Shown in pieces: positions 46,392-54,147 of a DNA stretch of 54,147 nucleotides; positions within the stretch are counted from its first letter, which is position 1, and every line of letters begins with the position of its first letter. The notes beneath the pieces are model-generated. The model saw only the letters and a program-made list of their open reading frames with translations, had not been told where the DNA came from and made no database searches. Source of the DNA: a virus (lineage: Duplodnaviria > Caudoviricetes); IMG/VR virus record IMGVR_UViG_3300018080_000221, positions 1 to 54,147 of that record. One strand, 5' to 3'. The position numbers and the translations under genes are program-made.

Positions 46392-46454
46392 CAGGGTAGG
46401 GGGCAGGGTAGGGGGATACCCCTGGGGCAGAGTAGGGGGGTCAGGGTAGGGGGG
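46392..46454 (+). repeat. Imperfect CAG(G/A)GTAGGGGG repeat x4
   Basis: G-rich units in non-coding DNA. Confidence 0.7.
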
Positions 46455-46581
46455 TGAGCCTGATGGGGTCACGGCGTTGAGGCAGGGTGAGTGGCAGCTC
46501 GTGAGCTGAAAAAAAATCATACAGCTCGCTCCGGTAAAGTATTCTGTTATAGAGTAGGGGAGGGACTATGCCCTCCCCAGA

Positions 46582-46791
46582 CTACCGACGTCGCCTGGTT
46601 CGCCAGCGACGGCGGAGATGGTCCCATCCCTCGTCGGCTAGCTTATAGATAACCAGGGCAAGTACTACTGCTACCCATAGGGGGATAGTTACGTTACCAG
46701 ACCAGCTCCCCAGGCGCACGCCCAGGGTAAAGCTCCCCAGGCTATTAAGGAAGGATACTACTTCCTTAACTATACCGATAAACTTATCCAT
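46582..46791 (-). CDS. Small membrane protein with Arg-rich tail
   Basis: AGGAGG RBS; TM helix. Confidence 0.65.
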   Translation of the reverse strand: MDKFIGIVKEVVSFLNSLGSFTLGVRLGSWSGNVTIPLWVAVVLALVIYKLADEGWDHLRRRWRTRRRR

Positions 46792-46931
46792 TACCTATAC
46801 CTCCTAGCAGCCTGCTTAAGCATTCTCGCTCGCATATTCGCTCGACCAGCAGCCGCGAGTAGGGCAGCAGCCTTAGCCTTACGTGCTTCCTTAGTTAACC
46901 TTACGACCTTAGCCTTCCTTAGCATTATCAT
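46791..46931 (-). CDS. 46-aa basic Ala/Arg/Lys peptide (MIMLRKAKVVRLTKEARKAKAAALLAAAGRANMRARMLKQAARRYR)
   Basis: AAAGGAG RBS; TAATG coupling to next gene; below ORF-track cutoff. Confidence 0.65.
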   Translation of the reverse strand: MIMLRKAKVVRLTKEARKAKAAALLAAAGRANMRARMLKQAARRYR

Positions 46932-47073
46932 CTTTTTCTCCTTTACCCCTAGAGTAGGGGAGTATAGTAATTACGTTCTCTGCCCCCTAAAGGCGGGCGC
47001 TAGAGTAGGGGTTTACCTACCCCTTAGCGTATCCGCCTATAGGGGGATATTTAGTTTTGGTAGGGGGCAGAGA

Positions 47074-47547
47074 CTAGAATTCGATGCCCGTAATCTCTAA
47101 CTCCGACGGTTCTTTAGGGGCACGTTTCTTAGCTCCCTTTTTAGCCTTATACGCTTCCTCTAGGGTATACTCGATGTCGAGGGCGTCGAGTGCCTCCTTA
47201 ACCTTCTCGAAGTTTTCGATAGGGGTTCTAAGGAGGAAGCGGCGCATACCCGTACGTACCGATTTATTCTCCTTATAGTAGGTAATCGAGGGCACGTAGA
47301 CGTACCACTTTTCGAGCTTCCCGATAAGGAGTTTAACTCCCTCGATTTTGCCCTCTTTTAGAAGCCTAGAAGCGTACATCGGGTACTTAACTTCTAGAAG
47401 GGGGCAGCTATCCTTAATCGAGACGAATACTTTAGGGTCGCGGATATTCTTAGGGGTAAGTTTACCCTTCCAGTAATCCTTAACCTTAGCATTCTCCTTA
47501 CGAGTAGAGAAGCCGATAACCTTAACCGAAACCTTTTTAGTCGCCAT
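47074..47547 (-). CDS. Putative DNA-binding early protein (HTH_17/MerR-like core)
   Basis: AAAAGGAG RBS; RLLKEGKIEG.K...W motif; paralog of 43918-44502. Confidence 0.75.
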   Translation of the reverse strand: MATKKVSVKVIGFSTRKENAKVKDYWKGKLTPKNIRDPKVFVSIKDSCPLLEVKYPMYASRLLKEGKIEGVKLLIGKLEKWYVYVPSITYYKENKSVRTGMRRFLLRTPIENFEKVKEALDALDIEYTLEEAYKAKKGAKKRAPKEPSELEITGIEF

Positions 47548-47649
47548 TCTTACTATTCTCCTTTTCCCCTTAAGGGGATATACTAGACTTTAGATTAGGT
47601 TTATAAGTCTAGCCTTAGAGCTATACTAGGGTATAGCCCTAAAGTTAGG

Positions 47650-47913
47650 TTATAATACCTCCGTTATATTCTCGATAATATTCCTACTCCTATCGTCTAC
47701 TCTCCTAAGAGATACCGAGTAGGGGAGGGGTAACTTAGCTTCTAGCTCTAGGGCCTTACCGTAAGCGGTATAGGCTTTATAGCTATCGTTGCTCTCTCTA
47801 TAGGGGAAGCCTTCCTTAAGAACTACTAAGGTATACTCTCTCTCCCTCTTAGCCTTATCGCTATCTCTACCGGGAACGAATTCTACTTCTAAGGTAAACT
47901 CGAAGCCTAGCAT
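47650..47913 (-). CDS. First early gene, hypothetical protein
   Basis: AGGAG RBS; downstream of promoter 47998-48026. Confidence 0.65.
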   Translation of the reverse strand: MLGFEFTLEVEFVPGRDSDKAKREREYTLVVLKEGFPYRESNDSYKAYTAYGKALELEAKLPLPYSVSLRRVDDRSRNIIENITEVL

Positions 47914-47997
47914 TCTCTCTCTCCTATTCTAGGGGGAGTAGCTCTCCCTCTTAGTTATTAGTTAGTATCTCGTTTCTTAATCCTTAACTCTAAATCT

Positions 47998-48026
47998 ATT
48001 ATACTCTATTTCTCTCTAAAAGTAAA
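47998..48026 (-). promoter_or_regulatory. Outermost sigma70-like early promoter
   Basis: TTTACT-N17-TATAAT. Confidence 0.8.
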
Positions 48027-48174
48027 GACCTAATTAGTCGAGTTTAGGAGTTTAGTATACCCCTCGTGAAGTTTTACGTAACTTGGTGATATAACCCTGA
48101 GGCTCACCTTTCTCATACCAGGAGTACCCGATAGAAGTATGGCCAGTAGCATAACTCACCCATATGAAGGAGGC

Positions 48175-48204
48175 TGGACTAGGGCAGCCTGATTAGTATA
48201 TACT
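48175..48204 (+). promoter_or_regulatory. Rightward (late-arm) promoter
   Basis: TGGACT-N18-TATACT with CAGCCTG spacer shared with the early promoters. Confidence 0.6.
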
Positions 48205-48248
48205 AGAAGCTAGGATTAACCTGAAAAGAGGGGGGTTCTCAACTATAG

Positions 48249-48431
48249 ATGCTGAACTTAAACGTACTTGACCAACCAGGGGAGAGGGTAACCCTAATAA
48301 CCAAGACAAAGATAGTCATTGCGACGGTTACGGAGCCAGACACGGCCAACGACCTGGAGTTACACACTCCAGGTTCGGGGCTGTGCATCGGCTTGAGAAT
48401 TGAGCAGGTGAGGGATCGTGAGCTGGAATGA
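48249..48431 (+). CDS. Small hypothetical protein
   Basis: 60-aa ORF between promoter and TerS. Confidence 0.4.
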   Translation: MLNLNVLDQPGERVTLITKTKIVIATVTEPDTANDLELHTPGSGLCIGLRIEQVRDRELE

Positions 48432-49089
48432 CGAAGACACGGTGGTGCCAGTCGTCGTAGATGGCGAGGTAGTCCCAGCCGTTCCCTTTGGTGGCCCCAT
48501 CACGTTCGTACCTGAGAGGGACATTTGGGAGAGGCATCCAGACGAGAGCGACCAGCAATGGGCCTACTTCCAGCAATACAGGGATATGACCGCCTACGAC
48601 CGGAGCATTGGAGCTGTTGCCGAGCACTTTGAGGGCCACGTCGTTGGTAACCTCCGCGAGATTTTTCACCGCTTCAGGTGGCGTGAGAGGGTAGCAGAGT
48701 ATGATCGCTACCAGGACAGCCACTTCAGAGAGGCGTTATTGGCAGAACGTATACGTACCAGGAAAGGTATGGCTGGCTTGGGATCAGTGATGCGCAAGAA
48801 GGCAGCCAACGCGCTCAAGCATGTGAAGGAGACCCTGGAGACTACTACCGTAGACCCAGAGACTGGAGAGGTTCACAAGGAGGTCAAGACCGTTCTCACT
48901 GTGAAGGAGATACTAGACCTGGCTAAGGTGGGAGCTGACCTGGAGACTACCGCCCTCGACATGAAGGGGGAGCCCATCGTAGCACGGCAGATTAACATGT
49001 ACATAAACGACAGCGACGAGGAGATACTGGAGGCTGCTAGGGAGCTGCTCAGGATCAAGGGAGCGAAAGTGATCGACCATGAGGACTGA
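48418..49089 (+). CDS. terS: Terminase small subunit
   Basis: WER.PDES...F..YRD...RS...W.ER...YD family pattern; directly upstream of TerL. Confidence 0.75.
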   Translation: MSWNDEDTVVPVVVDGEVVPAVPFGGPITFVPERDIWERHPDESDQQWAYFQQYRDMTAYDRSIGAVAEHFEGHVVGNLREIFHRFRWRERVAEYDRYQDSHFREALLAERIRTRKGMAGLGSVMRKKAANALKHVKETLETTTVDPETGEVHKEVKTVLTVKEILDLAKVGADLETTALDMKGEPIVARQINMYINDSDEEILEAARELLRIKGAKVIDHED

Positions 49090-50563
49090 GGAGAGAGAAG
49101 CCCTCATCAAGCTGCTGGAGCAGGACCCAGTATGGTGGATGGAGAGGAACTTCTGGATACCAGACAGGCGCGACCCTATGACGGGGGAGGAGCTGGGGCC
49201 AGGGCCGATCATACTCCATCCTATCCAGAAGCGCATCCTGAGAGCTGTACTTATCAAGGGCGATGGGGGCAGATTTCCCTACTCGACCATGCTCTATAGT
49301 ACCATCAAGAAGTCGGGTAAGACCAGGATAGGAGCGGGAGTAGCTGCATGGTTTGCGGCCACCCAGGGCAGGTATAACGAGGTCTATTGCTTGGCTAACG
49401 ATGGTAAGCAGAGTTCTGACCGTATCCTATCAGCCATCAAGCAGTGCGTGACGTTGAATACTAATATGGATTGGAACGTCACCAAGACCAAGATCACGTT
49501 GCCTAATGGCACGTACATAGAGGCCATCCCTTGCGACCCCAAAGGCTCTGCAGGGGCTAACCCAGGATTGACTGTCTGGTCTGAGATGTGGGGATATGCC
49601 CACCAGCATAAGGAGCGTTTGTGGACTGAGATGACTATTCCGCCTACCAGATTTGGTAAGGCGATGCGGTGGGTAGAGTCCTATGCAGGGTACAAGGATG
49701 AGTCGGCAGTACTCTACTCCCTGTACGAGCAGGGCACGGAGCATGGTAGAAGGCATCCAGAGTTTAGCGGTCCAGACGACCCTCCATGCTACACCAACGA
49801 GGCCGCTAACATGTTCTGCTATTGGGACGATGGAGATGCGGCACGAAGGATGCCCTGGCAGACAGACGACTATTATGCCCAGGAACGGAGTCAGCTAGTT
49901 GCTAGCGAGTTTGACCGTATCCATCGCAACTTTTGGATAGACTCTGTGGATAAGGCCATCGACTTGGCTTGGTGGGATGCGTGTAAGGAGGACGTGCCAG
50001 CACTGGACCATCGCACTCCGGTAGTGATGGCAGTAGACGCCTCAGTGAGCCACGACTCAACTGCGGCCTGCTTGGTCAGTAGGCATCCAGACCCGCAGAG
50101 GAGGAACAAGGAGACTATGATCCGTAAGGTCAGGGCATGGTATCCTTCGCCTGGAGAGAAGATAGACCTGACAACAACGTTGGAAGCGTGTATATTGGAC
50201 TGGTCCGAGAGGTATAATATAGTCTGCTTGGTCTATGATAAGTACCAACTCCATAAGATGATGATGGATATCAGGAAGGAAGGTATCGTCAGGGTAAGGG
50301 AGTTTGGGCAGCAGGTAGACCGTTCAGTAGCAGACCGGCAGATATTGGACCAGATACTCACCAGGATGATAGCCCATGACGGTAACCAGGAACTGAGGGA
50401 GCACGTAGATGCCGCAGCTACCAAGATCACTGGAGACAATAAGATGCGTTTTGTGAAGGCGTCTGATCAGAAGGACGCCCAAGGGCGCACGGCCAAGCCT
50501 ATAGACCTATTAGTTTGCGCTTCCATGGGTAACCATGAGTGCCTGAGGTTGAACCTAGCATGA
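49079..50563 (+). CDS. terL: Terminase large subunit (Terminase_1-like)
   Basis: LHPIQ, KKSGKT Walker A, VWSE Walker B, AVDAS..HD, YD.YQ, PIDLLV. Confidence 0.92.
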   Translation: MRTEEREALIKLLEQDPVWWMERNFWIPDRRDPMTGEELGPGPIILHPIQKRILRAVLIKGDGGRFPYSTMLYSTIKKSGKTRIGAGVAAWFAATQGRYNEVYCLANDGKQSSDRILSAIKQCVTLNTNMDWNVTKTKITLPNGTYIEAIPCDPKGSAGANPGLTVWSEMWGYAHQHKERLWTEMTIPPTRFGKAMRWVESYAGYKDESAVLYSLYEQGTEHGRRHPEFSGPDDPPCYTNEAANMFCYWDDGDAARRMPWQTDDYYAQERSQLVASEFDRIHRNFWIDSVDKAIDLAWWDACKEDVPALDHRTPVVMAVDASVSHDSTAACLVSRHPDPQRRNKETMIRKVRAWYPSPGEKIDLTTTLEACILDWSERYNIVCLVYDKYQLHKMMMDIRKEGIVRVREFGQQVDRSVADRQILDQILTRMIAHDGNQELREHVDAAATKITGDNKMRFVKASDQKDAQGRTAKPIDLLVCASMGNHECLRLNLA

Positions 50564-52089
50564 AGACTGTACAAACGCCAGAAGCTAGAGGGACTACTCT
50601 CATAGATACAGGAGCCGAGATAGAGCAGGCTTCTGGGGTCTTCAGCTGGAACGTCACCGGTGAGGGCGTGGATCAGGTTCCAGCCTACGGCTCCAAGACC
50701 AGGGATGAGTACCTGGTTAGGCACCTGACCAAGTATGGTAATGACCTCCTGGCCGGAGCGGTATCCAACCTTCAGGCTAAGATAGTTACCACTCACTGGT
50801 TCGTGGAGGGGCCTTTGGCCTTGGCTGAGGCTGCCAGGAATATGCTACTCTACCAGAGCGACTTCGGGGCGGGGTGGGAGTCTATGGCTGCCCCGTGGAT
50901 ACATGGTTACCTCTGCAGGGATGGGGGCGGCATCTTGGAGAATGGCAGGGCCAGTCGTAGTGACCACGATGGGCCGTCCCTGGGATTCGCCCATATAGAC
51001 GAGTCCAAGATGACCCGTACTGGCGACCCAGAGTATCCATTTAAGTATCAGGCCAAGAATGGCCATATTAAGATGCACCGGAGCCAGGTATCCCCGATGG
51101 TAGATATGAGGGATGGTCGGGACTCCATGAAGGGCGTAGGGTTCTGCGCCCTCAGCCGTACCCTTGCAACCTCACATATCCTGATGGATGTGGTTACCTA
51201 TAAGCGTGAGATGCTGAGCGACCTTCCCCCTGCAGGTATCCTCTTTATCAATAACATGACCGAGCCGCAGTGGAAAGACCTCAACCAGAAGTACGATGGC
51301 CGGCAGCAGAACTCTGGCAATACGGTCTGGCGGGATATTATGGTGGCCCTGGGTATTGACCCGGCCTACCCCGTCAGTGCTGAGCTATTCCAGTTGCGGC
51401 GTCTGTGGGAGTCCTTTGACGAGCGTACCCAGATGGAGATGGCTATTTATTCCTTTGCCCTGGGCTTTAGAGTAGACCCCAGAGAGTATTGGCCAGTCTC
51501 GTCAGGTAGCTTGGGCACTGCAACTGAGGCAGAGATACAGCACAGGAAAGCCAGGGCCAAGGGTGAAGGCGCGATCTTTTCGGCTATAGAGCGCATCTTC
51601 AACGGGCCGTTCGGTATCAGTCCTGTCCTCAAGTTCCGCTTCGACTTCAGGGACGACGACGAGGACCAGCAGGCGGCAGAGATTGCCAAGCTGAAGATAG
51701 ACAACATCCGTAAGCTCTGGGAGGCAAGCCCCAACGCCGTATACTTCCAGTTGGAGCAGATGCGGGCAGAGCAAGCCAAGCAGAGGGCCCAGGAGTTCGC
51801 TGACCAGCAAGACCAGGACGACGAGCAAGACCCAGACGAGGATACTAAGCAACTGAACTTCGACGAGAGCCAAGCCAGCGACATAGTTGGTATTGGCGGT
51901 ATGATCTCTACTGAGGAGGCCAGAAACCTGCTAGTGAGCTGGAATATCGTGGAGCCGCACGTCTTGGGGCAGCAGATCGACGATGGCCGTGTCTACGATG
52001 TTAAGGGGCTGATTAAAGCCTATGGGCCTTGGGTGAGGGTGTATGATGATGGTCGTTATCTTCGCCTGAGTTCACGCACACTTGGTTAG
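50560..52089 (+). CDS. Portal protein
   Basis: ~510 aa after TerL; P.GILFI, GFRVDP..Y, GTATE, FRFDFRD. Confidence 0.8.
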   Translation: MKTVQTPEARGTTLIDTGAEIEQASGVFSWNVTGEGVDQVPAYGSKTRDEYLVRHLTKYGNDLLAGAVSNLQAKIVTTHWFVEGPLALAEAARNMLLYQSDFGAGWESMAAPWIHGYLCRDGGGILENGRASRSDHDGPSLGFAHIDESKMTRTGDPEYPFKYQAKNGHIKMHRSQVSPMVDMRDGRDSMKGVGFCALSRTLATSHILMDVVTYKREMLSDLPPAGILFINNMTEPQWKDLNQKYDGRQQNSGNTVWRDIMVALGIDPAYPVSAELFQLRRLWESFDERTQMEMAIYSFALGFRVDPREYWPVSSGSLGTATEAEIQHRKARAKGEGAIFSAIERIFNGPFGISPVLKFRFDFRDDDEDQQAAEIAKLKIDNIRKLWEASPNAVYFQLEQMRAEQAKQRAQEFADQQDQDDEQDPDEDTKQLNFDESQASDIVGIGGMISTEEARNLLVSWNIVEPHVLGQQIDDGRVYDVKGLIKAYGPWVRVYDDGRYLRLSSRTLG

Positions 52090-52100
52090 GGGGCTGTGCA

Positions 52101-52661
52101 TTGGCTGGCGAAATTCTTTACCGAGCCTTCAGGACCAGAGGGGTATACGCCAACATGGACGCCTTCCGTAGGGTGGTAGGGGAAGGTATGCAGCAGACCG
52201 TGTTCCCTAAGATCGTGAAGGGACTTGAGGGTCAGATAGAGCATTGGGACGTAGATGACCAGTTCTTGGAGTTCCTGCCTGTGAAGCTGATTAGCGAGGC
52301 GGGTATCTCCATCAAGGTCTTTCCTAGGGGGCCAGGGGTCAAGCTCTGGAAGTTCAAGAGCTTTGGGACCAAGGAGCATAAGGTCAGGGTCAAAAAGACC
52401 CATACGATGCGCCACCATCGCTTCAAGAGGTATAAGCCTGCACTGGCCCTACCTAACCCAGGAGTGAAGCGTGGGTTTGGTCCAGCCCCATTCGCGCCAG
52501 GGACAGTAGGCTTCAGGCACGAGGTAGTGGTGCCAGCCATGGCGGGCCAGTTCTTTGAGAAGAGGGTAGCAGACGACTACAAGGCTAATCGGCAATTTAG
52601 CCGTGACATGGAGAAGATTGTCAGGAAGGCAGTGAGAGCTGCTCAGAAGGAAGGCAACTGA
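52101..52661 (+). CDS. HK97 gp10-like neck/tail-completion protein
   Basis: Basic; FGTKEH...KPAL...EVVVP..GQFF pattern. Confidence 0.5.
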   Translation: MAGEILYRAFRTRGVYANMDAFRRVVGEGMQQTVFPKIVKGLEGQIEHWDVDDQFLEFLPVKLISEAGISIKVFPRGPGVKLWKFKSFGTKEHKVRVKKTHTMRHHRFKRYKPALALPNPGVKRGFGPAPFAPGTVGFRHEVVVPAMAGQFFEKRVADDYKANRQFSRDMEKIVRKAVRAAQKEGN

Positions 52662-53164
52662 TGCCAATACCTACATTTAATCAACTATGGCTCCAAGTGA
52701 GAGCAGGTGTATACGGATGGGTGAAGGGCGGCCACCAGGGCCAGCCCAGGCCCATTGCGGTAGATGATCAAGGTCGCCTTATTATCACTACCGGAGCAGC
52801 TGGAGGTGGGGGCGTTAGCGGCGTGGCTGTAGAGATAGCTGGCCAAGATGTAGCAGCCAGTCATCATCACGAGCCAGCGGCTAACACGGCAGCGGTAGTG
52901 ACCCTAGCAGCTCCAGGTGCCGGAGTGAGTAACGTCATCGGGCAAGTGACTTGGTCCTATGATGGAGAGCCGACCAGTGGCACTCTTACCATTGCTCAGG
53001 GAGCCACTACCATCTTCAAGGTAGACATCACCACCAGTGGTCCTGGTCCCATCTCGTGGCCAGTACCTATGAAGTTTGCAGCCAACTCAGTAGTGACTGT
53101 GACGTTGGCTGCTGGCGGTGCTGGTATCAGTGGCATCGTCAACGTACACGCCTGGACGGAGTAG
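52661..53164 (+). CDS. Ala/Gly-rich beta structural protein
   Basis: PIAVDDQGRL motif; TGATG coupling. Confidence 0.55.
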   Translation: MPIPTFNQLWLQVRAGVYGWVKGGHQGQPRPIAVDDQGRLIITTGAAGGGGVSGVAVEIAGQDVAASHHHEPAANTAAVVTLAAPGAGVSNVIGQVTWSYDGEPTSGTLTIAQGATTIFKVDITTSGPGPISWPVPMKFAANSVVTVTLAAGGAGISGIVNVHAWTE

Positions 53165-53173
53165 GAGTAGACT

Positions 53174-54147
53174 ATGGGCCTCAGAGGACTCTGGGGAATA
53201 AAAGCCCTGCGGGGTATCATAGGTGGCGATGGATGGCTTCTCAGGGATGAGTTTTGCGATACCAGGGCAGCCGGCAGTGTCGACGGCACTCCAGCAGACC
53301 CTGGCCCTGGAACCAGGGAAGTCCAAGACACGACGCCAAACATGGTGGTTGGTAGCGGCATCGCCAGTATGACTGGGATACTATCATGGACCGACCCGAC
53401 CTTGTCCTACGAGGACTCCCTGGCACGGGCAGTCGGTAGGTTCTTTACTGCCAAGGTCAACATGGGAGCAGTAAATACTTATGCCTTTGTCTGGTCGTCG
53501 GATAATACTCCTGCCAATATCGGGGCGTGGCGGTATGGAGTATATATCTCCGGCGTTGGAAATATACGGGCAGTGGGTACTGGAGCGACTCCAGATGTAG
53601 GCGTCGGAACGATTGCGGCTGCTACCGACTATCGTTTCTTGGTCTTACATGCCAGCCCATTAGGTTGCTACATATTCATAAAGGGTGGTGTCTATACCTA
53701 TTGGACCCTACTCTACAAGATACTTGAGGATAGTACGACTCCTGTATATCCATTGGTCCTGGCCCGTTCTGGCTCGCTAGACGTGGACTTCATTAGGATT
53801 CCAGATACCCTGTGGCTGCCAACGCCGCTGGCCTACGACGCGTTTGGCCGTGGGGATGGGGCCATTGGCTCTACAGAGTTTGCAGGACCAGACAGTCAGC
53901 CTGCTCCAGTTGAGGCATGGTTGTCTGGAGGCTCGACCTGGGCAGTAAGCTCGAATGAGGCAGTGAATACTCCTACCCCTGGCAGCGAACTGCTTACCAA
54001 CCCATCCTTTACTGCTTGGACTGCAGGAGTGCCAGATGGCTGGACTGTACTTAACGACAATCCTCCAGCTACGGAGGTAACCGAGGTAGGGTCTGGGGCG
54101 GGGCATGGTGGGGCAGGTAATGGAGCGGCTAACATATACCGCTCAGA
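53174..54147 (+). CDS. 5' part of ~591-aa virion accessory protein (continues to 925)
   Basis: AGGAG RBS, ATG 53174, no stop to window end (MGLRGLWG...LLRDEF...). Confidence 0.8.
   Translation, partial: MGLRGLWGIKALRGIIGGDGWLLRDEFCDTRAAGSVDGTPADPGPGTREVQDTTPNMVVGSGIASMTGILSWTDPTLSYEDSLARAVGRFFTAKVNMGAVNTYAFVWSSDNTPANIGAWRYGVYISGVGNIRAVGTGATPDVGVGTIAAATDYRFLVLHASPLGCYIFIKGGVYTYWTLLYKILEDSTTPVYPLVLARSGSLDVDFIRIPDTLWLPTPLAYDAFGRGDGAIGSTEFAGPDSQPAPVEAWLSGGSTWAVSSNEAVNTPTPGSELLTNPSFTAWTAGVPDGWTVLNDNPPATEVTEVGSGAGHGGAGNGAANIYRS
54025..54147. repeat. 123-bp terminal direct repeat (copy 2)
   Basis: Identical to 1-123. Confidence 0.95.

Noticed and set aside
46308-46520. 70-aa Pro-rich ORF
   Set aside because: By-product of the G-rich repeat block; overlaps a promoter and lacks an RBS
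43330-46580. CRISPR array or tRNA genes among the repeats and hairpins
   Set aside because: No regularly spaced repeat-spacer units and no cloverleaf/T-loop signature seen by eye
46921-48065. CA/TG loss as simple type II palindrome avoidance or as mutational decay (RIP-like CA to TA)
   Set aside because: TCGA, CTAG, AGCT, GTAC and TTAA remain common, and ORFs, RBSs, hairpins and promoter are intact. A mutational contribution cannot be fully excluded

Overview
The window is a complete, circularly assembled ~54.0-kb tailed-phage (siphovirus-like) genome. Bases 1-123 duplicate 54025-54147, which is an assembly overlap inside one gene. The + strand arm (48249 across the junction to 20411) holds terminase, portal, accessory fibres, protease/scaffold/capsid, a five-gene glycosyl-/sulfo-/methyl-transferase cassette, tail genes and an atypical lysis module with no recognisable endolysin. 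The - strand arm (47913 to 20466) holds early genes driven by a family of sigma70-like promoters, an AT-rich origin candidate, and recombination/replication genes (SNF2 helicase, PD-(D/E)XK exonuclease, AAA/Sak4, SSB, primase-helicase, UDG-fused family A polymerase). It also carries a 7-deazaguanine pathway (folE, queD, queE, queC, a divergent TGT/DpdA-fold protein and two all-alpha NTP pyrophosphatases). I saw no integrase, tRNA or CRISPR array. The most striking unexplained signal is a ~1.1-kb stretch at the probable first-injected genome end (46921-48065) that is almost devoid of the CA/TG dinucleotide, even in its proteins and promoter. This may reflect a sequence-specific DNA modification or a host defence target. 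All calls come from motif reading and hand counts, with no database searches.
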